Shown here: one piece after another, positions 52,131 through 64,000 of the stretch
Layout of the letters: the number at the start of each line of letters is the position of its first letter
Position numbering within the stretch: the stretch's first letter is position 1
Assembly: GCF_000143415.4 (NCBI RefSeq)
Contig: NW_003314294.1
Span: 1,354,416 to 1,418,415, forward strand
DNA: 64,000 nt
From: Selaginella moellendorffii
Taxonomy: Eukaryota > Plantae > Lycopodiophyta
Reading direction: 5' to 3'
Translations under genes and position numbers: made by a program
The notes under the pieces: generated by a model
The model's database searches: none
Told to the model about the DNA's origin: nothing
The model's input: only the letters and a program-made list of their open reading frames with translations

Positions 52131-52676
52131 GATGAGAGAGCCCTTAATGGCTATTTTATCCCCATTTATCCTTCAAGGTTCCAAGGATCCACAATGATAG
52201 TCCCCAAGGTTCTAAGGATCCATGGTAATAATATATTCAAATTTCATCCTATGATCACATATGTTACATTCACCCCCCCTTTCAAAGATGTCAATGTCCT
52301 CATTGACTTTTGACTAACAACTTTTATTAAGCCTAGGGGAACCAACACCTCCATTTCCACACTAAATTTACCAATCCTTCCATTGTGCAGATTAGTTATT
52401 CTATATGAGGCAACTAATTATCCACCCATACCACAGTCTTATGGTGGATACCTTTGTTCGTGGATACTTGTGTGTATGATTTCAAATTTAGGGATAGGAA
52501 TATACCTTGCTCAAGGGTATATTATATCTTTAAGTAGCCACTAATTAATGGGAATTGAACCCGTACCAGATGAGAGAGCCCTTAATGGCTATTTTATCCT
52601 CATTTATTCCCTAAGGTTCTAAAGATCTACGGTGACAGTATATCCAAATTTCATCCCATGATCACATATGTTACAT
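52131..52676 (-). repeat. Two copies of an LTR-start-like segment (52131-52266 and 52569-52676); PPT-like GAAAGGGGGGGTGAA on the minus strand
   Basis: Direct repeat GATGAGAGAGCCCTTAATGG...ATCACATATGTTACA. A related segment lies in the opposite orientation at ~30823-30900. Confidence 0.55.
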
Positions 52677-53299
52677 ATAGTAAACTATTTTGATGATCTC
52701 ACAATCCAAATCTTCTGCCATCAAGCCTTCTATCCTTGCCCCAGGCTTCATTGATTTGCCTATTGCCCCTCTTGATGAATCTCAGCACAATCCTCACCTA
52801 GCTATCAGTGTTTGTAATGAGAAGTGTTATCACCCTTATTTCACTTCCAACTCAAATGTGGTGTGATCACAAGTATGGCATCTATGACTATATTTGCTAC
52901 ATCATCTCCATTTCTCATAGAAATTCAAAAATGTCCTTGGCCCAATGTTTGCCTATGAGAATTATATGTCTAATGGGGCTTTTCATATTTTCCTCTTAAA
53001 AACCATAGAAGCCAATTTTGACATGCTTGAAATTGGAAAAGAGCATATGGGGTGGGGGTGGTGACGAGGGAGGATCCCTAGAACTAAAGTTCGGTTCTAT
53101 GCAAATTAGATCAAGGAACTAGAGTTCAGTTCTATGCCACCCAAATCCATGCCACTCACTCCACAAATGCATGCTCCCTATCTGTACTGGTGGTGAATTT
53201 TGCACCTTATCCATGATCCCCAACCTCATCTCTCCTATGTGATTGTGTCTACCAATGTGAAGGATTTAAATCGATCGTGAGATCAGTGAAGGTACACCA

Positions 53300-55200
53300 C
53301 CCTTGCTTGATCTCCATCTATATGGTGCCTACAGTTTCCCAGAGATATAAGAAGCCTTTGGAGATGTATTGTCCTAGATCCCACAATGCAGTGAATTGAG
53401 GAGGAATGTGCCATCTCTGATAATGGTGATGCTGCTACTGCCTGGAAGTCCTCTCCTCGCTGCTATGTGATTGATCCCCTCCAATTGGGATTGCTGTTTC
53501 CAGCTTCCCATCAGGCCATGCAAGTGTAGTGCCGCCACATTAGTCCCACGGCCTCATACCAGTATAGCCGTACCCTTGGCACTATCCATCTGGAATTATG
53601 ACCAAAGGCTGTGAGAATTACATGTAGATCTACACCATAAGGGTGGGAGTAGTAGTCTCAAACGACGTCTGAGTTCCATTATCAATCTATGACACCCTGT
53701 TTTGTAGCTGGCCAAGATTCTCTAATTACGGGGGTGAGGTTGTTTTAGATTGTGAAATCGAATTGGTGCCTTTGGTTGATAGTGTTCACATAGATTTGAA
53801 AAAGGACACTATCCTTCATCCGAGCATCACACCAACATTGGAGAGATTGCCAGGTCCAAAACTCCAATTTTTTTATCAATTCTGTCATTAGTGTGGAGAG
53901 GTTATGGCCCTGCAAGGTTCTACCTTTAGAGAAAGCATACACTTCACACATATATGATGCAATGTCTCCAAGCAAGAATCTCTATTGGGAGTAAACCCAT
54001 CTCCATATCTATAATCAGCTATGGGGCCTTGTACACCCAAAATTCTGCTGAGATGAAATTTTTATTGATTGCTTTAAGTTTGTCAGTACTGGACCCCAAC
54101 TTTCTGTCCGTACAAGGCCACATCAATAGGTGTGTTTGACACCCCACTTGTGTACATTGGCTTTATGGCAATCTGATTAGAGGAGTGCATTAGCCCTTGC
54201 TGTTGATGTTCTACTCCAATTTTCCATTGGAGACATTGATCAATGGTGTATCCTAGGTACTTATAATTCTCTGTGTGCTCAATCCATTCCCCTTTGTAGT
54301 GGAATTTGCTTGCTGTGTCCAGGCCAAAAACCATCCTCTTTGCCTTCCATGAAGTCACAAAATTGGGCCAGGGTGTCTAGTTAGAGTTGAAATTCCAGTG
54401 GCCTGGGGGCCAATAGAAAGAGGTCGTCCACATATATGAGCAGCTGCAGAATCATCCCAGCAAGCAAGATTGAGGAGGGAGTGCACCTTGCCATTAGCGT
54501 TTCCAACCCATCGTTGAATATGCCAAAACGGGTGGGTGACAAAGGGCAACCTTGTTGGACACCTGTGTCACAGTCAATCTGAGTATGCTGTAGAATGTCT
54601 GCTTTCATATTTTTCGTAAAGCCTGATGAACTCTAGTGTTATCTCATGAAATCATGCAAATAGTCTCCTTGATACCTTGTTAAAAGCTTTTACTATGTCA
54701 ACGTAGCATGCATAAACTGAGGTTTGCAGATGTGAATGCAGTTTGTCCAGGGCTACCTGCAGCATCACCAAGTGGTCGATGCAACTATGGAACCTGGCCT
54801 ACCCTCTCACTTTTCATCCTTCCAGCTCACAAGATGCTGCTCAATTCGTGAAGATTGTTGAGATCATTACTACGATTTGTCAACACAATCTTGCCAGCCT
54901 CTTACGTCCATACTGGTACACTTCATGTGCTTTTTTTTGCAGAATACTGGATCTGCTCGAGTGCCTTGAAGAGGGAGTCGAGGAACTGGGATCTTGTAAC
55001 GATTATCAGCCCAAGCGGTATCCCAAGAAGTGCCTTGTGGGAGATTTCTATATCGCTGAGAAGGTATACTCGGTTTTTTGATAATTTTGCATTCTTGAGT
55101 TGACTCCAACTTAATCTTCTACACTTCATTCAGTGGTATGTTTTACCCACTGGGGACTCTCAACTTTTTGAGTCCAGAGGCACGTTGTGGAGGCCATGCT
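53300..55200 (-). pseudogene. Non-LTR (LINE) reverse transcriptase relic
   Basis: YVDIVKAF, GVQQGCPLSP, LLIYVDDL and YKYLG motifs with frameshifts and stops. Confidence 0.85.
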
Positions 55201-55483
55201 AAGACTCGACAAAGTGTTTGCCAGGAGGGCCAAAAGGTTTCATGAAGTTGCAAGGCCGTGTGATCATGAGTGCAGATCCTGAAGTGAAGAAAGGAACTTG
55301 CGCTTTACTTCTTGCTTAACGTGCCTGCTTGTAGTAACCTGCGGGATGAAGAGCTGCAGGCGCTGATTTGCTGAGATGGGGAGACGAGACGCTGAAGAGC
55401 TTCACTCTCCTGCAGAGGGGGATGTCGATCAATTAGATAATTAATGTGACCAAAGTGCCTTAATAGGTTCTCCTCGTCATGCC

Positions 55484-56299
55484 CATGGTTGGTCCCGACC
55501 ATTCCGAATGCCGACCGGCCAACCGGCTGACCGTGGTTATCGACTGGCTGTGAAAATGCCAAACGGCCGAACGGTTCACAAAATTTTTTTGATAAAAAAA
55601 AAAAAACATTTTTAATAAAACCATATTAATAAAAGTAGGAAAACCAAAGCATTAAACCAAACCAAACCAAAGCATTACAACTACTACTCATCTTCAACAT
55701 TTTTGGCAAGTTCCTTAACATTTCTGGCATCTTTCTCAACAATCACATCTTCATTTGGAAGATCTTTTTCAGCTAAATCTTCTATACCAAGAGATTCAAG
55801 CCTAGCTTGCATCTCTACAATCCTCGTTCATTGTGGTTCGATTGCAATTGATCTCTAGGAATTTCTAGAATTTCCATTTTAGGGCAAAAATTTCAAGTGT
55901 TGCGGACTGGGCGATTTGATTTGCGAGGCAGCGAGCTGCTCTGCTCCACACTCAATCGAAAGCAGAGGCCAGAGAGTGTCGCCCTGTAGAGCTCGGTATG
56001 CACGCAGCTCCTATAGGCTTTAGGCCTCTTCGTCGGATTCTATGTAAGCTTGCTGGGCAGCTGGGCTGGGCATTCGTGGATGGAATCCGATGGATGGATC
56101 TCTCCATAGCAGCAGGAGAACAGCAAAGCAGTGGAGATGCAGTGGCGATAGCGATAGCCACTGCAGCATCAGAAATCTAGCGCGATCACCATTTTTTTTT
56201 TGCCGAACGGAATACCGAACGGAGCTGTCCGACCGTGTTCGGCCGACCGCGTTCGGCGGCGGTCGGGATTTCGGCCGAACGCGTTCGGGACCAACCATG
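55484..56299. mobile_element. Non-autonomous hAT element (816 bp)
   Basis: 15-bp TIRs CATGGTTGGTCCCGA / TCGGGACCAACCATG. Perfect 8-bp TSD GTCATGCC at 55476-55483 and 56300-56307. CCGA/TCGG-rich subterminal repeats. Confidence 0.92.
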
Positions 56300-56520
56300 G
56301 TCATGCCCAGAAGGTTCTACAAGTTTGACTAATGGCTCCGTTGATTCCAACACGAGATGATAGAAAGGGACCGAAAGACTCGCTCTTCACTTGAATGTGT
56401 CACGTCCAGCGTAGGTCTCTCGACCCATCTCGCGATTCAGCATTGGAAATGCGGTAGTTTCTAGCAGGTACGCCTCTCTTTCGCTGCCGTCTGGATCTAA
56501 TTTCTCGTTCTCTCCTGCAG

Positions 56521-59461
56521 ATGATTATCCCTTTCCAATGTAGAAAGCGGTGGCTTCTTGTGACTTTGTGTGCCTTCCTTATGCTCCAAAGCTTCGAGCC
56601 TGGTGCTGCATCCGTTGAAGAAGGTAATGAGCAAGCGTACAGATTCTGGTTCCTCAAATTTTCCTCCAGGGGACGAGCTGCGTTTCTTTAAGAGGAGTTT
56701 GGGAGATCCGGAAGTTTTGGAGAGCTGGAGGGAAGAAAGCGATCCATGCCGAAGCCGTTGGTATGGAGTCACTTGCTCAAACACCAGCAGCGTGACTGAA
56801 CTGTAAGGCTGTTTGTACTTATCAGTTTCCTGTTGAGCTTAGCTCGTCCTTGTTGCAGAGATCTGAGTAATCTACTTTTACAAGGCAGCTTGGCATCAGG
56901 CACTTTTGCAAAACTTCCAGGCGTAACGAAGCTGTAAGTTTCAGACTTTGTAGAAAAAACTTCAGACTTTGTAGAAGAAAACTTCCTACTTTTGTCCTGC
57001 AGGGTTTTAGCTAACAATAGCTTCACAGGAGACATTCCAGATAGTTTATTTGGTCTGTCAAATCTCACTCACTTGTAAGTAAAATTTCTCTTTCCATTTT
57101 GTTATCTCAGATTGTTTCTATCTACCAGAGATGTTTCGTACAACCTTTTCTCAGGAATGCTTGGTAGTGGATTTGAACATCTAACTAAACTACAGATACT
57201 GTACGGTATCATTTCTCTAATCTTTCTCATCCTTAATTGATTCTCGTAGGTCCCTTACTGGAAACCCGTTTAATACGGGGACACAACTTGACTTCAGAGA
57301 GCTTATAGAGCTTGAATATGTGTAGGTGCCTCTCTTTTCTTTCCTACAATGTTTTCATGCATAAAATCATCTTGCTTCTCGTTCTTTTGATAGGCTGTTG
57401 GGTGGCTGTGGCTTTACACAAAGCCTTCCACCAGGAATTTTTCTGCTACCAAAACTATATGCTTTGTAAGTCTAAATTTTCTAAGCAATTTCTCACCATT
57501 TGTTACTGCCTAGTAGGGACTTGGAAGGCAACTCGTTCAGTGGAGCACTGACTGATGAGATCCGGCAAACAACAAGTCCCTTGACCGTGTTGTAAGCGAC
57601 TGAGTTCTCATGTATTGTGCATTTGAACTTATTTCTCTTTCAGGGGGCTTCAAAACAGTGGGATTTCTGTTGATCTCAACCCCACCACCATCCGCTATTT
57701 CCAAAACCTCCGCTATCTGTAAGCACGAAACTAAAATCTTACCTCGTCGTCACCTTCTGAACTAAAATGCAGGTCCTTACCTGAAGACGTGATAAAATAT
57801 GTCCCTACTGTGCTTCAAGGAAGGTTGCCAAGGCAAGTGAAGATGAATCTCTTTGTGATGGTGCTAAATTTGTGGGTTAGGCAGTATCCAGAATTCTTTA
57901 TGCATGTACGTAACATGGATCAAATGCGAAACTCCGTCCCACGCGAAACCGAAAGCTTCAGATGAACCAGCTCCTCCACCTGGAGCACCGAAAAGCAAAA
58001 ACACCGCAGCTATTATAGGCGGTGTTGTCGGAGGGGCTGCATTTTTTATCGCAAGCTCTTGTCTGGCGATTTATTGCATACTAGCGAGGCGCCAGAAATG
58101 TGTAGTGACAGGTAACTTGCTGTTAATACTGTGTTCTGTTTGATCTTCTTTGTTTTTACCTTTCTCGCAGACTTTACTGTGAAGGCAGGATTGGAGCTAG
58201 AAGTTGTCACGAGTTCTCAATCTTTTGTCGTTGCTCACGCTTTCACTTATGCGGAACTCGAGCAAGCTACCGATAAATTTAACATGAGAAACCTGGTTGG
58301 GGAAGGCAGCTTTGGTCAAGTGTTTCGGGGGATCCTCACGAATGGCAAGGTGAGAAAAGTATATTTCATAGACAGCATGTTGGAGCTTCCAAAAGTTGGA
58401 TGTTTTCAGGTGGTTGCTATCAAAAGAATGGATACATTTGCTGGTCAGTGCGCGGAGGCAGAGAAAGAGTTTCGTATCGAGGTTGATTTGCTTAGCCGTA
58501 TGAACCATCCGCACCTGGTGAGGCTGTTTGGCTACTGTGCGGACGGGAGTCAAAGATTGATTGTCTACGAGTTCATGTCTAATGGTTCACTTGAGAGCTA
58601 CTTTGCAGGTAATCTGCCGCTTCTTCTCTTGCTTTCTTTTTCTCAGACGTGATCTTTCCAGGTCGATGCTTATATAGGAGTGGATTCAAACTAGATTTTC
58701 GGAGGCGACTGCTAATCTCTTTGGGTTGTGCCAAAGGCTTAGCTTTCCTGCACGCTGGAGGAGAGGATGGCGATCCTATTGTTCACCGCGACTTCAAGTC
58801 TTCAAACATTCTTCTCGATTCTTACTTCTCCGCTAAGGTAAGTAGCAATCATTCCATTTGCCTCGTTTCTTCCACTTACAAGTTTCTCTTAGATATCCGA
58901 CTTTGGATTTGCCAAGCTTCTTCAAAGGAACCAAAGCCATGCCAGCACCCGCGTGATTGGAACATTTGGCTACTTCGATCCACACTACACGGCAGTGAGT
59001 AATCTCTGCGAATTCCAATAGTAGTGTGTTGTGTTAACCCGAGTGCTATAACCTGGATCAGACCGGGCGACTCACCGTGAAAGCGGATGTGTACAGTTTC
59101 GGCGTGGTACTCTTGCAGCTACTCACTGGGAAGCCTGCGGTGGTTTCATTTGGAGGGGATGACGTTCCACAAAACATAGTGTCTTGGGTGAGTTATGTTA
59201 ATTCTCTTCCCATGAACTTTGGAGAGGTGAGCTCTCGGAACTTTGCAGGCGGAGCCTTGTCTCAATGACAAGAGAAAGCTCAGGAGGATTTTGGACAAAG
59301 ATTTGGGCTCTACTTACCCACCAAAGTGTGCTCACAAGCTCGCTCTTTTGGCATCGTGCTGCCTGAGAGAGAACGCGGAGGCGAGGCCAAGCATGGCTCA
59401 GTGCGTACAAACGATCGAAGAAATTCTCGTGGAGTGCGCAATGCACCTCGAAAACGTGTAA
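56521..59461 (+). CDS. LRR receptor-like Ser/Thr kinase (multi-exon)
   Basis: Signal peptide, LRRNT (SW...DPC..WYGVTC), ~72-nt LRR exons, TM ([14 protein letters not shown]), kinase motifs [41 protein letters not shown]. Start codon inferred. Confidence 0.9.
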
Positions 59462-59691
59462 AGAACAGTTCCACAGCATCAGAATGCACAGTTCGCAGCT
59501 CATTCCCTGGGGGAAGGACAAAATGTACGAGAGATAATCATCTGCGAAATTAAAGGTAGAACCAAAGAGAGAATTTTGATCTGAAGAACCAGCTTACCCT
59601 CTAGCTTCTAGCGGATTTCCGAAGCTCGACGGCGTCGATGGATTGGAAGCGACAAGCGAGTCTTTCGCGAAAAAGAACGTATCTTTTTTCT

Positions 59692-60876
59692 TCATCTCTT
59701 GGAATCGAGAGTACAGATTTCCTCGCCCGTGTTAGCGAGCCAGTAGTCATATTTGTAGTCGTCATTCATCTTCTTCTTTGCTGCCTTCTGACCCTGGCGA
59801 TTACTTGACGAGAGTCTGCTCGCAAGTAGGGAGATAAGCTCTAGCTGCTTGGCCTGCTGATCCTGGAAATAAATCGAGCACACAGAACCAGCCAGCTTCT
59901 TAGAAATGCTTCCAAAAGACGTACCTGTATAGCCATCAAGGCGCTTCGAGTTTCTTTAAGCTCCTCTTCAAGCAAAGTTTCACGATGGGAGAGAGCTTTC
60001 ACAGCGGAGGCCATATCTGCTGCCAGTTTCGCCGTCTACAAAAACATCAAGGATGAGAGGCGCATTCTCTTGATGAAAAGCAACAATGGCGAACCTGATG
60101 GATTGGATCTTGGAGCGTTCGTTTAGTGACTTGCACACGCACACCAAGCTTCTCGAGTTGTCTGGTTAGAGCACGGATGAGCGTGACCGAGCCAAGGAAA
60201 TCGTGTTCCAGGCTCGCCACCCGCTGTGCCAGTGCTAAGTTGGAGCTCTCCTTGAGAATCCTTTCCCTTGGTTGCGGCTGGACGGATCTTAGAATGATGT
60301 TGATGAGCAAAGCCAGCCATAGTGGGACGAGTTGCCAAGTGGAAAGTGCCGCATATTTGAGCTGTCGTGGAGGTGCATGGCCTGGAGATACTTCTAGCTT
60401 CACAAAAAACAACTAAGAACACTGCTGCGAGAAAGAAAAAAGAAAGAAAAAGAAGACGAACGATTCGACTTACGCATTGTTCCTGGGTGGAAGAAGGCCG
60501 GATCAAGCATCCAGCCTGCGAGACAACGGCAGCCGAGAGGCAAATCCCCTCGCCAGTAGCTAGAATTTGCCTGTAGTTGATCCCCCGCGTCTCCTCTCCT
60601 TCATGCTTTGCTGAAATCCAATTGAGCGATCGATTGGAGCGGCAAAGGAACCATACCTGATGGCGACGATGAGCAGCGAACGACGGTGAGGAACTTGATC
60701 GCGTTGCAAGCAGTGCACAGGCACGTCAAAATCTCGGCATTGCTGAGAAATCTGGGAAAGCGAAGCTGGGATTTCTTTCCGGATTGTCCCTGAGCCGCGA
60801 TCAGACCAGCGGTAGGGGTAGATCCTAGAAGCGAGCACCTGACGCTGTTGCGCTGGTACACAGCCAGGGCGGCCAT
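59692..60876 (-). CDS. Conserved plant transmembrane/coiled-coil protein resembling Arabidopsis At5g65250; probable plastid transit peptide
   Basis: Spliced exons RVASLEHD...RALTRQLEKLGVRVQVTKRTLQDPI...LEEELKETRSALMAIQDQQAKQLELI, recognised from memory. Confidence 0.7.
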
Positions 60877-60926
60877 TCCTCGCTAAAACCCCTAAATGCA
60901 AGATAAGAGCTAGGGTTTTGTCTCTC

Positions 60927-62318
60927 ATGGCTGGAGAGCTCTGTAGCTGTGGCAGCGGCCTTGCGAGCGCGTGGGAAAGGCGCCATAGAATCAGTGCTGC
61001 TCCACGTCTTGTTCTCGATCGTCGTCGCCTCCAGATTTTGGCTGCTGCATCCCCGGGTAAGAGGAGAGAACTCTTTGGTGTCTCTTTCTTGGTGGAAACT
61101 CTCACATTCCTTGCTCTTATCGATATCCAGGCAGCAAGAGAAAGACTAGAGGCAAGAAGGACGACTCCGACTTGAAGTCCAAGTCATACACGGACGAGGA
61201 AGTTTACAACATCAGCCGCGGATGGAAGATCAAGGCCGAGCCTAACGAGAAGGTATGAGAAAAAATTTCTAGAAAGTCTTGTTTTTCCTCGCTTGATGTT
61301 TATAGCGATTTCCAGGTTGTAGAGATGGCGGGCTTGAAGTTTCCTGCCAGCCTGAATAAACTGAGTGACCAAGATAAGGCGCCCCTTCTCGAGCCTCGGA
61401 CAGTTCACAAACTTTTGCGGGTATACACTAGCTCGAGGTTGGATTTCTTAAGACTGCTCGATGTCTATCTCACTGCTACACAACTATCGGGTATGTTTCT
61501 CTTGGTCAGGTTATGGGTGGCAAAAACAATGGAAAGAAGCTCTTGTCGCCAAACGATTCCTCCGTAAGGCCGATGATGGAAGTTGTCCGAGGCGCTGTTT
61601 TTAACATGCTACAGGTAAAGAAAAAAGAGGATATCTTCCGTCTATGACACTCACCTATGTTTGAATCAAGGCACGCGGAGGATACACGGGAGGTTTGCCT
61701 CCTGGGAAATGGCTAGACCTCTACAGCGGTACTGGCTCTGTTGGAATCGAAGCGTTGAGCAGGGGTTGCTTGGCAGTAAGTTTCATGGTGAATTCTATGA
61801 TCCGTATTGAAGCTTTTTTTTTTTTTAAGGCACATTTTATAGAAATGGACCCATGGGTGATATCCAAGGTTCTCAAGCCCAACCTTGAAGCTACGAATTA
61901 CACAGAACAGTCGGTAGTTCACATGCTCAAGGTGGAAACTTACCTCGAGAAGCAGGCAACCAATCCAAAGGCCGAAGTTTTCGACTACATAAGCGTCACT
62001 CCCCCTTACGAAGCTGTCCATTATCCCACGCTTATGGAGCAGCTTTCTACCTCTCCTCTGGTGGGAGACTACACTTACGTGGTTAGTCAGCATTTGGTTC
62101 CTAGATTTTGCGTGATATACTCTTTTGTTTCTTGTCCCAGATTGTAGAGTATCCTTTGAAGTCGAAACAAGAAATGCCGGAGGCCTGTGGACCTCTTGCA
62201 AAGGTATTCCTCTTCTCCCTTGAAAATCATCCTGTGGAAACTTGACTCTTGTGTCATCCAGATTGTAGATAGGCGCTATGGAAGAACGCATTTGGCAGTT
62301 TACGGGCCAAATCCTTGA
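60927..62318 (+). CDS. RsmD: Plastid 16S rRNA m2G966 methyltransferase, RsmD family (multi-exon)
   Basis: VRPMMEVVRGAVF, WLDLYSGTGSVGIEALSRG, FIEMD, VTPPY, VEYP, RRYGRTHL. Start codon inferred. Confidence 0.88.
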
Positions 62319-62398
62319 CACAAGTCTATAGTCATCGACTTTCAAGACAAAACAGGACTGGGAAACTTCAATTAACGAGCTATACAAAATCGGTCTTT

Positions 62399-63392
62399 TC
62401 ATTTCTTTTGCTGCTCTTCGCTATCTTTCCAGGTCGCTTGCCATTGCTTGTCGTAGAATGTCGACTCCTTGACCAGCGTTTTGATAGTTTCCAAGTCCTC
62501 GTTCTTCCTGACCAGCAGGATTCCAACCACGGTGATGAGGAGCAGTAGCTTGCCAACGAAGCTGTTCGTTTGGTCCACCAGGCCCACCCCAGTCAAGCTG
62601 TCTATCAAGTACGCCGCGAAGAATCCCACCATCGCTGCTCGGCCTGGAGGGAGAAAAGAAAAGACCAAAGAGTTTCTCGACAGGCGTCCGAAGGCCAGAA
62701 GGAAACACGTAGCTTACCATTCAAGAGCTCCGCCTCTGGCAAGTGGAAGCGTCGGACCCACGCCCACCACGGGACGGTGGCCGTGTCAAACAGCACAGGA
62801 TCGTCGTTGCTCGAGGCCTCGGGATTCTCTTCTAGCCACTTTCTTCTCAACACCTCTGCCGATCGATCAAGTCAGTAAGCAAAAACAAAGCGAAAAAAGT
62901 AGGATCTCGCCACTCACCAGCATCAATCACAGCATCCCAATCCATCTTGCCGTTCTTAACAAACTTGGTCATGTCCCAGTTGCCATTCTTCCACCTTGGA
63001 TCCTCAAACTTTTCTCCGGAGACCGCGGAGCTCTTCTTTCCCAAGGCAGCGGGGCTGGGATCCTTCCCTTCGGCCGCTTCTCCCCGCAGCGTACCCCCTT
63101 TCTCCAGGGGCGATGGCTTCTTCTTGCCCGACGATTGAGCAGTGGAATCCCCCTCCTCCTTCTGCGGCAAAACAGCAACCTCCGAGGGCGCCGAATTCGT
63201 CGCCGGAACGCGCTCCTCCTCCGATGATGCCATGGCGATGGCTACTCTTCCAAATCTCTTGTTGCCGCGCCCGAAATCCCTGGCCGATGCCGCCGCGAGA
63301 GGAATGCGATGTCGCGAGCGATTGCACGAAGCACTGACACACCTGGGAGAGCCGCCTCCCACGGGCGCCATCGCGGTCGCTGCCATCGCCAT
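62399..63392 (-). CDS. LIL3: Light-harvesting-like protein 3, two introns
   Basis: [49 protein letters not shown]; N-terminal transit peptide. Confidence 0.93.
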
Positions 63393-63546
63393 ATCTCTCC
63401 TCCTTCCTGCCCTAAAATGCGGAGTTTGACCACGTTTGACTTGTTATCGCCTATTTCAAGATGGCCAGCTGGGCCGTCCATTTGCGCGCCATTTCTATTC
63501 CTTTTCTTTCCCCTTTCTAGTCTTGCTTTTAGGGTTTACGCGCGGC

Positions 63547-64000
63547 ATGGATGGGCGATCGTCGCCTTCTTCCTCGCCCTGGGCGCCTGTGATCTGCAGC
63601 TCGCCACTGCATTCTGGCGGCCTCTCCATGGAGAATCCGTTCGAGATGTTCGACGAGGTGGGGAGGAGTCTCAAGTGGTTTAGTCTCTCTCGGAATGCGC
63701 CCGACGCCCCGGTCGTCCATCGGCCCGTTCTTGAGGAAGTCTCATCGCAGGATAGCTACGATTCGGATTGTTCTAGCACCAGTAGCTGGAACAAGAATCC
63801 GGAATCGCTGGCGATGCCGGACGAGCATTGCGAAGAACAGGAATCGTCTGTTTCAGAGCCTCTTCGATGTAGAGATGAATTGGTGATCCATCACAAGGTA
63901 AGTCATGTAGAATGGCTCTTTTACTGCTCTTTAAACTCTTTTCTGTTTCAGAGCCCCGAGCCAAAAATCGAAGAAATTTACGATGAACCTTGTGTTAAGG
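63547..64000 (+). CDS. 5' exons of an unidentified gene running off the window
   Basis: ATG at 63547. GT-AG introns at ~63658-63750 and ~63898-63951 keep an open Ser/Glu-rich frame. Confidence 0.45.
   Translation, partial: MDGRSSPSSSPWAPVICSSPLHSGGLSMENPFEMFDEVGRSLKWFSLSRNAPDAPVVHRPVLEEVSSQDSYDSDCSSTSSWNKNPESLAMPDEHCEEQESSVSEPLRCRDELVIHHKVSHVEWLFYCSLNSFLFQSPEPKIEEIYDEPCVK

Noticed and set aside
61713-63227. ORFs 61713-62402 (-) and 62469-63227 (+)
   Set aside because: Antisense shadows of RsmD and LIL3.

Overview
Eukaryotic, non-seed land plant DNA. Compact genes with ~47-60 nt introns suggest Selaginella; this is inferred from gene style, not from a search. Bases 1-55,500 are mostly a nested transposon field with assembly gaps: several Ty3/gypsy families (including chromoviruses), a LINE relic and a GT47 exostosin pseudogene. 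Bases 56,500-64,000 are a dense gene block: LRR receptor kinase, At5g65250-like gene, plastid RsmD, LIL3 and one partial gene, preceded by a small hAT element. The standout is a ~12.9 kb TIR-bounded DNA transposon (6564-19501) with two divergent genes. One is a Sola-like/DUF7869-type DDD transposase. The other is a spliced ~1500-codon accessory gene that appears to fuse a ParB/Srx-like domain, a degenerate beta-class amino-methyltransferase fold, an acidic linker and an FCP1/NIF-like HAD phosphatase domain. About 20 copies of a 22-bp palindrome (ATGGCRTGWGGCCWCAYGCCAT) are spread along the element, often inside introns, and I did not see it elsewhere in the window. This suggests a ParB/parS-like self-recognition module, possibly for anti-silencing; that function is a hypothesis. 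A second oddity is GT-AG introns inside the integrase of a chromovirus family.
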